This document shows, one piece after another, positions 17,922 through 27,537 of a stretch of 64,000 nucleotides of DNA. Numbering within the stretch: the stretch's first letter is position 1; each line of letters begins with the position of its first letter. Origin of the DNA: an uncultured Solirubrobacterales bacterium (GTDB lineage Bacteria; Actinomycetota; Thermoleophilia; Solirubrobacterales; 70-9); assembly GCA_963791335.1 (NCBI GenBank), contig CAWBRN010000003.1, forward strand, positions 487,841 to 551,840, in the 5' to 3' direction. The notes under the pieces are model-generated. The model was not told where the DNA came from. It ran no database searches and was given only the letters and a program-made list of their open reading frames with translations. Both the position numbers and the translations under genes were made by a program.

Positions 17922-18967
17922 GGCCGCGACTCGGCGCAGGGCATCGCCGTCTCCGACTTTCGATATCGCTGGAAGAAGTCCCATGTGGCTTTCGCCGCGC
18001 TGGGGCCCTTGACGTCGGTGTAGCCGGAGTAGGCAGGGTCGGTCGTCCCACCGGACCAGAAGTGGGCCATCCCGTGGATTCGCCAGCTCTTGCCGATCAG
18101 ACAGCCGGCCTGATCTCGGTAGGCGCTCACCGTGTAGGCGTACCCGCCCGGCTTGTGCCCCTGGCGCATGCTCGAGGGCTCGAGGGGGATCGGACCCTCC
18201 TGCGACCCGCTGATGACGAGGTTGTCGGTGCGTAAGCCCTGCTGGAGCGCCTTCTCCGTGCAGGACCATGGAAACGCCTGATCGGCGTCGCCTCCGAGCA
18301 CGAAGGTCGGGACCACGCGGGCTCGCTGCCCCATCTGCTCGAATGCCAGCTGGGCGCTCGTCTCCACGGGAATGCCGGCGCCGGACGCGAAGCAGGTCCA
18401 GTCCGTGTACGCGGAGGACGACATCACCGCGACGGCGGCGTACAGGTTCGAATAGGCGGCGGCTTCGATCGAAGCCATGAGGCCGCCGGCAGAGATCCCG
18501 GCGAGGTAGACGCGCTCCCGAGCGATCGAACGCTCAGCCATGACCGATCTAGTCATGTCGGCGATCGCGGCCGCGTCACCACTGCCGCGAGTCCAGGACG
18601 CGGGATCAAGGAACCGCCAGCAATTGGCCAGCGGGCCGGTCTGAGCGCGGGCGGCGGCGTCGACGTCCGGATAGAGGACGACGAAACCCTTGCGCTCGGC
18701 CAGCCGGTCGTATCGCGTGAGCGCCTGCTCCTGATCGGCGGTCGTCTGGCAGCCGTGGACCACGACCACGAGCGGGGCAGCGTGGCTGGGCGAGTAGGAC
18801 GTCGGCGTGTACAGGACGTATCGGTACTCGTCCCCGTTCGAGACGACCGTGCCCCTCGTCGTCGTGCCCGGATCGGCGTCTCGCGGCGACGGCGCAGCGG
18901 TCGCGGCGCCCGGCGCTGCCAGGAGAAGCAGGGCCGCCGCCCAAGCAGCCAGACAGCCCCGTCCCAC
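17918..18967 (-). CDS. secreted esterase, PHB-depolymerase/LpqC-like alpha/beta hydrolase
   Basis: Intact 349 aa. Signal-like N-terminus ..AAALLLLAAPGAATAAP. Contains VVVVHGCQTTADQ.., ..NCWRF.. and the nucleophile motif LAGISAGGLMAS. Confidence 0.75.
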   Translation of the reverse strand: MGRGCLAAWAAALLLLAAPGAATAAPSPRDADPGTTTRGTVVSNGDEYRYVLYTPTSYSPSHAAPLVVVVHGCQTTADQEQALTRYDRLAERKGFVVLYPDVDAAARAQTGPLANCWRFLDPASWTRGSGDAAAIADMTRSVMAERSIARERVYLAGISAGGLMASIEAAAYSNLYAAVAVMSSSAYTDWTCFASGAGIPVETSAQLAFEQMGQRARVVPTFVLGGDADQAFPWSCTEKALQQGLRTDNLVISGSQEGPIPLEPSSMRQGHKPGGYAYTVSAYRDQAGCLIGKSWRIHGMAHFWSGGTTDPAYSGYTDVKGPSAAKATWDFFQRYRKSETAMPCAESRP

Positions 18968-20382
18968 TACTTGATCTTGTTCCTCAGGAACGGGATGACC
19001 GTCTCGAGGAAGGCGTTCTTCGACGGTGCGGCGCTGATCGGATCGATGTGCGAGAACGTCTTGGTCCTCTTGACGGTCTTGACCCAGCTCTTCGGCACGT
19101 TGGACTGCTCGGCGAGCTGGCGGGTCGCATCCGCGACACGTCCGCCGCCGAGCGAGGTGTCGAAGGAGTACATCGGCAGCTTCACCGAATGACCCATGGT
19201 CGCGTGATCGCCGTAGACGGCCTGAGCGGGGTTGTCCACGCCGTTGTTGATGGCGCCGGCGTCGATCGAGAGCTTGGCCGGGTGATACCAGGACGTCCCG
19301 TCCTCCCCGACCTTCTGGTTCTTCATGCCGACGTGCTCGGAGAACACCGAGGCCGCCCGATAAACGCTTCCGAGTTCGCCGTCATGCCAGCCGCGGGGAT
19401 CGCCCGAGCCCGCGAGCTTGCCGATGTGGCTCTGCACCAGGGCCAGGTTGGAAGGGCTGGTCGTCTGATCCACGGCGAATCCGTATTGACCGGCGTTGGT
19501 GGATGGAACGGGCGGCTTCAGGTTCGCCGGCGCGAGCACCCAGTCGGCGAAGGTCGAGGGCTCGTCCGGCTCCTCGACGGCGGCCGTTGAGCCGGTCGCG
19601 TTGAAGACGCCCGCGATCCACGGGAACGGCTGAACGAGCGTGATGAACGGCGAGGCCGACGGGTCGTTCAGGTTGTCGACGTTCGTCTGCGCCTGCTCGG
19701 CGGTGGGAAGCGGCCTGGTGGTCGGGCTGTTGGCCCCCGCACCGTCGATGAAGACGAGACCCGAGAGCCCCTTGGCTCCGGCCGTGCCGTTGAAGTCCCA
19801 GGTCGCGTACGCGGTGGTGATCGAACCGCCGAGCGAGTGACCGCCCATGACGACGGTGCGTCCGCCCTTGCTCGCGGCTCTGACGACCTTCCGCGTGTCG
19901 TGGACGGCGACGTTCATTCCCCAGTTCTTTGCGAACTCGGTCTCCGCCGTCGTCTTCGGCGTGAAGTGCGGCGAAACCGAACCATCCGAGAGCCAGCCGA
20001 GGTAATAGTCGAAGGTCTCCTGGTTGGAGATCTCGCCGTTCGCGTACTTCTCGAGGTAGGAATGATCCTCGAGCAGGTTCTCGCGGCGCTCGATCGCCCA
20101 GACCTGCCAGCCCTTCAGCTTCTTGGTCAGCGCAGTCGCGAACGGCCCGAAGAAGGTGCCTCCGGCCGAGGTACCGGGGTTGAGCACCAGCACCTTGTCG
20201 CTGTCGGGAGACCCGTACTTGACGACCCTCACCTTGTTGTACTTCTCGGGCGTCCCGGGGGCCTTGAACCCCTCGATCGTCGCCACCCGGGGCGCGGCGG
20301 TCGCGCCGCTCGCGAAGGACAATGCGCCGACGAACGCGATGGCCACGGCCAATCCAAATACCTTGCTTCGAAAGAGGTTCAT
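18967..20382 (-). CDS. secreted alpha/beta hydrolase (lipase/esterase-like)
   Basis: I chose ATG 20382 (MNLFRSKVFGLAVAIAFVGALSFASGATAAP signal). Contains ..VLVLNPGTSAGG.. and the nucleophile elbow MGGHSLGGS. Intact. The stop overlaps the GTG start of the next gene. Confidence 0.7.
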   Translation of the reverse strand: MNLFRSKVFGLAVAIAFVGALSFASGATAAPRVATIEGFKAPGTPEKYNKVRVVKYGSPDSDKVLVLNPGTSAGGTFFGPFATALTKKLKGWQVWAIERRENLLEDHSYLEKYANGEISNQETFDYYLGWLSDGSVSPHFTPKTTAETEFAKNWGMNVAVHDTRKVVRAASKGGRTVVMGGHSLGGSITTAYATWDFNGTAGAKGLSGLVFIDGAGANSPTTRPLPTAEQAQTNVDNLNDPSASPFITLVQPFPWIAGVFNATGSTAAVEEPDEPSTFADWVLAPANLKPPVPSTNAGQYGFAVDQTTSPSNLALVQSHIGKLAGSGDPRGWHDGELGSVYRAASVFSEHVGMKNQKVGEDGTSWYHPAKLSIDAGAINNGVDNPAQAVYGDHATMGHSVKLPMYSFDTSLGGGRVADATRQLAEQSNVPKSWVKTVKRTKTFSHIDPISAAPSKNAFLETVIPFLRNKIK

Positions 20383-20438
20383 GGGGCCAAGGCTAGTCGC
20401 GAAACAGGCGCGATGCGCCGGTCCCGTCCGGGTGGGCT

Positions 20439-21413
20439 TCATTCGGGACGGGGGCGGCTCACCACGAGCTGGACCACGACCAGCGCCATGATCAGCAGGG
20501 CGATGACCCGCTCGCTCTCCGCGACCTCAGCGAAGAAGAGGACGTAGATCTGAATCCCGGCGGCGATCAACTGGCAGGTGACCGGTAGGACGATCGCCTT
20601 CCAGCCGTAGAGCGGGACCGGTCGGGAGGGCAACGGATCCGGCTGCCAGGCGGCGTAGGCGATGAGCAGGGCCCCGGACGTCCACAGGTAGTTGTACTCG
20701 CCGAACTCGAACGTTCCCTCGACGAGCTGGACCGCACTGATCGAGTCGGCGATCCCGAACACGACGAGCCCGAGGCCGAGCAGCAGCCAGGTCCTCCCCG
20801 GGCGCCAGCCCGCGAGCGCGAAGATGCCGAGCACCGCGCCGAGCAGCAGGATGTCGGCGACCGGATAGGCGAACTCCACGATCCGCGCCAGCGTCGTCCC
20901 CTGCTCGCCCTCCTCCACCATCGGGTGCAGGACCACTGCCACGAGCGGCGTCGCGGCGATCAGGGCGACGGCGACCCCGTCGATCCATCGCTGCAGGTCG
21001 AAGCCGACGATTCGATCTCGGGTCAGCAGAACCAGTCCGCCCAGCGCGAAGGCGTAATAGCCGAGCCAGAAAGCGTCGGTCACCGTCGGGAACGGTTCGG
21101 GGTGAATCTCGGCGTAGTGGACGCTCCAGATCACGCTACCGACGAAGAACGAGACGAGCGACAGCCCGATCAGCGCCCATGCACCGCGCAGCCGCTCCTT
21201 CCTCGCGGCCCGCAGGAGGCAGATGCCGGCGGCCGCCAGGATGAGGAAGTTGAAGACGCCCCAGTTGAAGAATCTGTCGAGGTCGGAGCCACCGAGCCCG
21301 ACCAACTCGTGGAGTGCCTCGGCGGCGAAGAGGAGCAGGAGGACGCCCCAGACCACCCGGCTCACGACCCTGCGATCGAGATGCCCCATCAAACTCTCCA
21401 GTGCGCCCGCCAC
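20439..21413 (-). CDS. integral membrane protein (about 9 helices), unknown function
   Basis: Intact 324-aa hydrophobic ORF. It resembles the stand-alone N-terminal sensor modules of GGDEF/EAL proteins, but no output domain is present. Confidence 0.6.
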   Translation of the reverse strand: MAGALESLMGHLDRRVVSRVVWGVLLLLFAAEALHELVGLGGSDLDRFFNWGVFNFLILAAAGICLLRAARKERLRGAWALIGLSLVSFFVGSVIWSVHYAEIHPEPFPTVTDAFWLGYYAFALGGLVLLTRDRIVGFDLQRWIDGVAVALIAATPLVAVVLHPMVEEGEQGTTLARIVEFAYPVADILLLGAVLGIFALAGWRPGRTWLLLGLGLVVFGIADSISAVQLVEGTFEFGEYNYLWTSGALLIAYAAWQPDPLPSRPVPLYGWKAIVLPVTCQLIAAGIQIYVLFFAEVAESERVIALLIMALVVVQLVVSRPRPE

Positions 21414-21468
21414 CCTTCGGCGAGTCTAGGCGGCGCGCCCCCGCCTCCCATCCGCGGTGAGAAGCTCG

Positions 21469-23043
21469 TCAGACGGTCGGCACGACATTGAACTGCGACA
21501 TCAGCCCGTGGTCCTCGTGGTCGAGCATGTGGCAATGGATCACGTAAGGCCCGGTGTAGTCACTGAAGTGGCCCGCGACCAGAAGCCTCTCCCCGGGGTC
21601 CATGAAGAAGGTGTCCTTCAGGCATCGCTCCCAGGGCGGCGGCTTCTTACCGTTGCGCTCGAGCAGATACCAATCGGTGTGGTGTAGGTGAAGGAGGTGG
21701 GCGACGGAGGTCTTGTTTCGAAGCTCCCAGGTCACGGTCGAGTCGAGTTGAACGTCGACGTCGGCGTAGGAAGGGTCATAGGAGCGACCGTTGATCAACC
21801 AGGTCGGGATCAGTCCGCCGGAGACCGTCACCGACCACGAGTGGCTGGGTTGTGAAGGTGCCTGCCCAACCCATGACGGCAGGGGGCGCAGCGCCGCGGG
21901 AACGGTCGTCTCGTCGACGGCGGCATCGCTCGAGACGCGGAACTCCATGAGCGGGCCGATGTAGGTCTTCGAGCCGAGTTTGTCGGGGCCGCCGCGGCGC
22001 TTTGCCGAGATCAGCCGTACCCGCTTGCCCCGCGCCTCGGCGAAGTCGACTATCACCTCGGCCCTCTCGCCTGGACCGAGCAGGATCGACGAGCGGGTGA
22101 TCGGCTTCGGCATCAATCCCGCGTCGGTTGCGATCTGGGCCATCTTGATGCCGCCGCTGAGCCCGACTTCGTAGGCGCGGAAGTGGGAGGCATTGAGGAT
22201 GCGCAGGCGGTAGCGGCGTGCGGTTACGGAGTGGTTGGGCAGATGGGTTCCGTTGACCAGCACGTACTTCCCGGTGTTGCCATCGACCGGTGGATGCCCA
22301 CCGCCGCCGCGGAACGGATTGGTCAGCTGGTTGTGCTTGTCGAAGGATCGGTCGGTGATCATCAGCGGTATGTCCCGGTCGCCCGTGGGCAGGGGAAGCG
22401 ACGAATCGACGTCGTCATCGATGATCCACATCCCCGCCAGCCCGTTCCAGACGTTTCGCGCCGTGTTGTCGAGGCGATGGTCGTGGTACCACTGGAAGGC
22501 AGCTCGCTCAGGGGCGCCGTCTTCCTCGAGGGCGTAGTTGTACGTGCGCGACCCGCCCGGCTCGATCAGTACATCGTTGCCGGACTCGGTTGCCGAGAGG
22601 CGCGGGTCGATGTCGCAATAGAGCGACCGGGGATGATCCTCGGTGAGCCCCCCGGGCCTGCCGTCGTCGTCGGAGCGGTTATGGCCGCCGTGCAGGTGAA
22701 CCGTGAGTTCGCCGACCTTCGCGGGCAGCTGATGGCTGAAGGTGACTGCCGTCGGTTCGCCGGCGGGCCGCCTGATCGTCGGACCCGGGAAGGTGCCGTC
22801 GTAGGTCCACATCTTCGTCTTCGGCCCGGGCAGGATCTGCAGGCTCGCCGGACGCATCGGGATCTCGATGTCGGCGTCGGTGATCACGCGCGGTATCCGC
22901 AACTTCGAGCGGAACCGCTCGCTCTTCGCCGCCCGGGCAGAGCCGAGTTGGGAGATCGCGTCGGGAAGGTGTCGCGGCGCGACCACCAGGCCAGCCGCAG
23001 CTGCCCCGATGGCCGCGATCAGGCGACGACGAGTTACAGGCAT
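21469..23043 (-). CDS. Tat-exported multicopper oxidase (laccase/bilirubin-oxidase-like)
   Basis: Intact 524 aa. Twin-arginine signal MPVTRRRLIAAIGAAAAG. Copper motifs HLHGGHN, WYHDH, HLHHTDW and HCHMLDHEDHGLM. Confidence 0.9.
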   Translation of the reverse strand: MPVTRRRLIAAIGAAAAGLVVAPRHLPDAISQLGSARAAKSERFRSKLRIPRVITDADIEIPMRPASLQILPGPKTKMWTYDGTFPGPTIRRPAGEPTAVTFSHQLPAKVGELTVHLHGGHNRSDDDGRPGGLTEDHPRSLYCDIDPRLSATESGNDVLIEPGGSRTYNYALEEDGAPERAAFQWYHDHRLDNTARNVWNGLAGMWIIDDDVDSSLPLPTGDRDIPLMITDRSFDKHNQLTNPFRGGGGHPPVDGNTGKYVLVNGTHLPNHSVTARRYRLRILNASHFRAYEVGLSGGIKMAQIATDAGLMPKPITRSSILLGPGERAEVIVDFAEARGKRVRLISAKRRGGPDKLGSKTYIGPLMEFRVSSDAAVDETTVPAALRPLPSWVGQAPSQPSHSWSVTVSGGLIPTWLINGRSYDPSYADVDVQLDSTVTWELRNKTSVAHLLHLHHTDWYLLERNGKKPPPWERCLKDTFFMDPGERLLVAGHFSDYTGPYVIHCHMLDHEDHGLMSQFNVVPTV

Positions 23044-23062
23044 CTATGCCTCTCGGATGTTC

Positions 23063-23644
23063 CTACTTGACGACCTTGACCTTGCCCTGCATCCAGGGGT
23101 GGACTGCACACATGTAGAACAGCGTCGTGCCGGCCTTGGCGCTCACCTTTCGGGTGTTCCGCTCGTCCTTCGTCTCCGTGTACCAACTGTCGCCCTTGCC
23201 GTTCTTGGTGAACTGGTGATCCCAACCCTTCTTACCCGTCTCGACGACCGGCTTGTTGATCTGGTTGGTGCTCGGGTCGAACTTGTGGGCGATGGCGATT
23301 GCCAGGCAGATGCCCCCCGGTTCGAAACAGTGCTTGCCCGTCTTGTGCTCGTTCTTGCGCACCTTCGGGCGAAGCTTCTTCTGGACGAGGGAAAACGTGT
23401 GCGGCCCAACCTTCTTCGGGTTGGTCTTGTTCACGATCTGGAGTTCCTGGCCCTGCTCCACCGTCTTGGGTCCCTTGAAGAAGAGGTCCTTCTTCTTCTC
23501 CACCATCTTGATCTTCGCCGTGTTCGCACCACGAGCCGCGTGATGTGCATCGGCGATACCCCCGGTCGTGAGGCCGATCACGAGCAGGCTCACGATCGCG
23601 GATCCCACTACGACACGTCGCGGGGCTCTAATCACTGCAGACAT
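23063..23644 (-). CDS. secreted Lys-rich cupredoxin (type-1 copper) protein
   Basis: ATG 23644 (MSAVIRAPRRVVVGSAIVSLLVIGL..). Cu ligand pattern GPHTF .. FYMCAVHPWM. Visibly lower GC than its neighbours because of many AAG Lys codons. It lies 20 nt upstream of the oxidase gene. Confidence 0.75.
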   Translation of the reverse strand: MSAVIRAPRRVVVGSAIVSLLVIGLTTGGIADAHHAARGANTAKIKMVEKKKDLFFKGPKTVEQGQELQIVNKTNPKKVGPHTFSLVQKKLRPKVRKNEHKTGKHCFEPGGICLAIAIAHKFDPSTNQINKPVVETGKKGWDHQFTKNGKGDSWYTETKDERNTRKVSAKAGTTLFYMCAVHPWMQGKVKVVK

Positions 23645-23756
23645 TCGTTCCCTCCAGGTAGCGAAGATTGACCGACGGTCTCGTTGGCCGACCACCAGAC
23701 TAGATGCATACAACCAACAAGGAAAGAGGGAACTGCGTCGCTGTAAGTATCCCGTC

Positions 23757-26700
23757 TCAACGGGCTGCTGCCTCCCTGGCAGCCGCCGCGAGGTGGAGGA
23801 CGTCGAGTCGCTCTGCCAACGCGCCCGCTTCGGCCAGCACCTCGATCGCGGCGCCCCGATCGACGGTGGCCAGACGGCTGGCGAGAACCAGTCGCGTACG
23901 GACCCCGTTCACCGGTCTGCCGGCCCGCTCCCAGAGCTGTGCCGCTGCGCGAAGGCCGTCCGCGGCCTCCTGCCCATCGGTGACGACGGCTGCGGCTGCC
24001 GTCGCCGCCGCAGCTTGCGCGACCGGGCTCGACGCCCGTTCGAGGAGCGCCTCGACGGCATCGGCACCAGCTTGAGCCTCGGAGGCGGCGCCGGTGAGGG
24101 CCAGTACGACTGCACGGGCGCCCAATGCTTCCGCCGACTGCGAGATCAGCCCGGCACGGTCGCCGATTTCGGCCGCCTCGAGCAGCTTCTCGGCCGCCTC
24201 GTCGAGCTCGCCGCGATCGTTGTAACAAGCCCCGGACCAGAGCGTGGCCAGGAAAGCGACCTCCGAGCGCCCACCGGCCGTCGCGATCTCGCAACTGCTC
24301 CTGAGCGTCGCTTCGGCCCTTCTCCCAGTCGGCACGTCTCCAGGCGGAGACCCCCTCCAAGAGCAACGGCAGGCACAGCTGCCCGGAGAGACCTTCGCGC
24401 TGGGCCAGTTCGCCGGATGAAGCGGCCCTTTCCTCGACCTCGGCCCATGTCGCCGAGTGCACCGCGAGGCGGCCGAGCGCGGCATGCAGCTCGATCTGGG
24501 CGGGCACGTCGCCGAGCTCATCGGCGAGCCGCAGCCCCTCGCGATAGAGCTCGCTGGCCTTCGCATAATCGGCTTCGGCGATCTCGAGGTGCTGGCCGAG
24601 TGCAAGGAGCGCGCGAATCGTCTGTCCCGGGCCGGCATGACGGGCGAGCTCCAATGCCCGCTCGAGGCTCTGTCGTGCGCGCTCGGTGTCACCGATCCGG
24701 CCAAAGACCCGACCGAAGGTGAGGTGCGTGCGAGAGACCGTCGCCGACTGCCCGAGTGCCTCCGCCAGGCGCTGCGCTTTCTCGGCGGCGTAGATGGCCA
24801 GCATGTTGTCGCCGGTCTCGACATAGAGCGATGCGGCCTCCTCGTAGAGCTCGATGAGCTCCCGGCAGGGTTCGCCGTCCTTGAGCAGGTCGATGCCCTC
24901 CTGGAAATGAGAGATCGACGCCTCCCGATCGGCCTTGTGCCAGAGCGCCGAGCCGATTTTTCTGTGCAGCTCGCCGATTCGTCTCGGAGCACCCTGGCGG
25001 CTCTGGAAGTCGAGCGCCGATTCCCAGCTCGCGATGGCGTCGTCCACGTGGCCGACGCGAAAGGCGATGTCGCCGAGCGCCTCCTCGACCTGAGCTCGGT
25101 TCTCGGGATCCTGGGCATGGTCGAGCGCCGCTTGGTAATGCAGCATCGCCTCGGCGTTCGAGTACAGCGAGGCTGCAACGTCGCCGGCCGTGTGTGACGC
25201 TTCCGCGGCACTGCGGTGCAGCTCGGCGAGCTCCTCGGCGGGGAAGCTCGACTGGTCCGCGAGTTCGGCAGCTCGGTTGTGGTGCTCCGCGAGCAGTGCC
25301 GCGACCGCCTCGGGGTTGGCGCCGCCCCTTTTCTCCACGATCCGCGCGACCTCGTGGTGGCGACGCGCCCGGACCGCACGCGGCAGGGTCTCGTAGGCGA
25401 CGTCGCGCACGAGCGCGTGCTTGAAGGCGAATTCACGCTCGCCTTCGAGGCGACTGACGGTCGTCGGGATCAGCATGTCCCGGGCGACGAGCTCGGCCAG
25501 ATCGCTGTCGACGCCAACCCCACCCAGGAGCTCGTCCACGGTGTGCTCCCAGAAGCTTTGACCGATCACCGAGGCAGCCTGAAGCAAGCGTCGCTGCTCC
25601 TCCTCGAGGGCGTCGAGCCTTGCGGCCAGCACCGCATGGACGCTGTCGGGGAGCGTGCCCTGCTCGGAACCGTCCTTCTCGCGCAACCGGTTGACCATTT
25701 CCTCGGCGAAGAGCGGATTGCCTCCCGACTGGTCGGCGACATCCTGAGCGAGTCCCTCGTCGACCGCTGCTTCGCCGATCAGGGCACCGACCAGCTCGCG
25801 CGCGGCCTCGGGGCCGAGCGGATCGAGGGAGATCGTCGTCGCGTTTCGGCGTCCGCCTCCCCAGGTCGGCCGGCGGTCGAGCAGTTCTTCGCGAGCGAGG
25901 CAGACGATCAGGATCGGACCCTGGCTCCAGCCGGCGAGGTGTTCGATGAGGTCCAGCATTCCCTCGTCGGCCCAGTGGATGTCCTCGATCGCGATCACGA
26001 GCGGACCGCGACGCGAGAGCGACTCCAAGACCGCGCGCACCGCGGCGAAGATGCGGTCTCGCGTCCGCTTGGGGTCGGGGTCCTCGGCAGGGTCGGCATC
26101 CGCCTCGACCCCGAGCAGGCGGCCGATCAGTGCGGACGTCCTCAGGGCGTCCAGATCGTCGTCCCCCCCGTCCTCCAGCTCGGTCATGCCGGACCGAAGG
26201 AGCGCGCGTACGTCCTCCGGCTCGGCGGTCTCGGGGATCTCGAAGCGACTTCGGATGATCTCCGCCAGCGCCGCGTAGGCGGTGCTCGTTCCGTACGCGG
26301 GAGAGCGCCCGACCAGGATCTCGGCGTTGCCGTCGCGGTCGGCCACCTCGGCGGCGAGCTCATCGAGGAGCCTGGACTTGCCGACGCCCGCCTGCCCGAA
26401 GACCGTGACCAGGCAGGGGCGGCTCTCGCGGCGTGCGCGGTCGAACTGCGAGCGGAGCAGGAGCAACTCGTCGTCGCGTCCGACCATCGGCGCTGCCCGC
26501 CGCACGCTGCCGCTGTCGCGAGCGACGCTGCCGATCGCCTCGAAGGCCGGGATCGGCTCCGACTTACCCTTCAGGTCGAGAGGTTCGAGCTCGCGATAGG
26601 CGATCGACGAGGCGGTGAGGCGCCTCGTGGCGGGGCCGACGGTCACGGTGCCTGGCCGCCCGGCGGCCTGCAGTCGCGCCGCGAGGTTGACGGTGTCGCC

Positions 26701-27291
26701 GATCACCGTGTAGGAGTCGCCGACGCGGCCGGCCAGCACCTCGCCGGTGTTGATACCGACCCGCAGCGCCAGCTCGACGTCGTGTGATGCCGCGCGGCCG
26801 GCGATCTCGGTGTTGATCTCGGTCATCGCTTCCTGCATCGCGAGGCCGGCCAGCACCGCCCGCTCGGGGTCGTCCTCGTGGGCGACCGGTGCCCCGAAGA
26901 CAGCCATCACGTTGTCGCCGATGTACTTGTCGATGTGTCCGCCGCGCTCGGTCACCTCACGGCTGAGACGACCGAGAGCCGCATCGACCAGCGCCTTGGT
27001 GTCCTCGGGGTCGAGCCGCTCGGCGACCGCCGTGTAACCGGAGAGATCGGCAAACAGGACGGTGGCCCTCCGTCTCTCCTCGGCTGGTTCGTTCGAGGCG
27101 ACGGGCGGGGCGGCTGTTGCCGTTCCTTCCGGAACGAGGGACGTTCCGCACTCCGAGCAGAATTTGGCATCGGCCCCGCGTGCCGCTCCGCAGGCGGGGC
27201 AGGTCGCCGCGAGTTCGATGCCGCAGTTCATGCAGAATCTCGCGGTGACGGGATTCGGCGTTCCGCACTCGCTGCATCCCCTCCTCTCCAT
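23757..27291 (-). pseudogene. double Zn-ribbon / class III adenylate-guanylate cyclase / AAA (STAND-like) ATPase / TPR protein; one frameshift
   Basis: ATG 27291: MERRGCSECGTPNPVTARFCMNCG..CPACG..FCSECG. Cyclase core ATVLFADLSGYT..IGDNVMAVFG..GINTGEV..GDTVNLAARL. P-loop FGQAGVGKS, followed by long TPR-like repeats. The frame changes at the C3 run near 24318 (..RRADWEK / AEATLRSSCEIATAGG..) and ends at 23757 (..LHLAAAAREAAAR*). Confidence 0.85.
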
Positions 27292-27380
27292 GCCTTCAGG
27301 GTACGTCGAACGCCTCCAGTAAGGGATCCCCGATTGCACTCATCAATCCGATCGGGATTCTTCGGATGTGGAGCGTTACT

Positions 27381-27530
27381 ACGTCAGCCCGGCGGCTTCG
27401 AGAGCCTCGGCCGGGTCCATGAACCCCTGGATCCGGACGATGCGTCCATCGCGCAGGCTCCCTCGCGGCCGCCGCAGGGCTCGGAGCGACACCATCAGGT
27501 CGAGGATGACCTCGCCTTCGGTGCGCACTG
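27381..27530 (-). CDS. possible 49-aa ORF resembling only the C-terminal strand of SnoaL/NTF2-like proteins
   Basis: GTG 27530 lies 5 nt after an AAGGAG that overlaps the upstream gene's stop. Very high GC3. Sequence VRTEGEVILDLMVSLRALRRPRGSLRDGRIVRIQGFMDPAEALEAAGLT*. Too short for the ORF track. Confidence 0.3.
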
Positions 27531-27537
27531 ATTCTCC

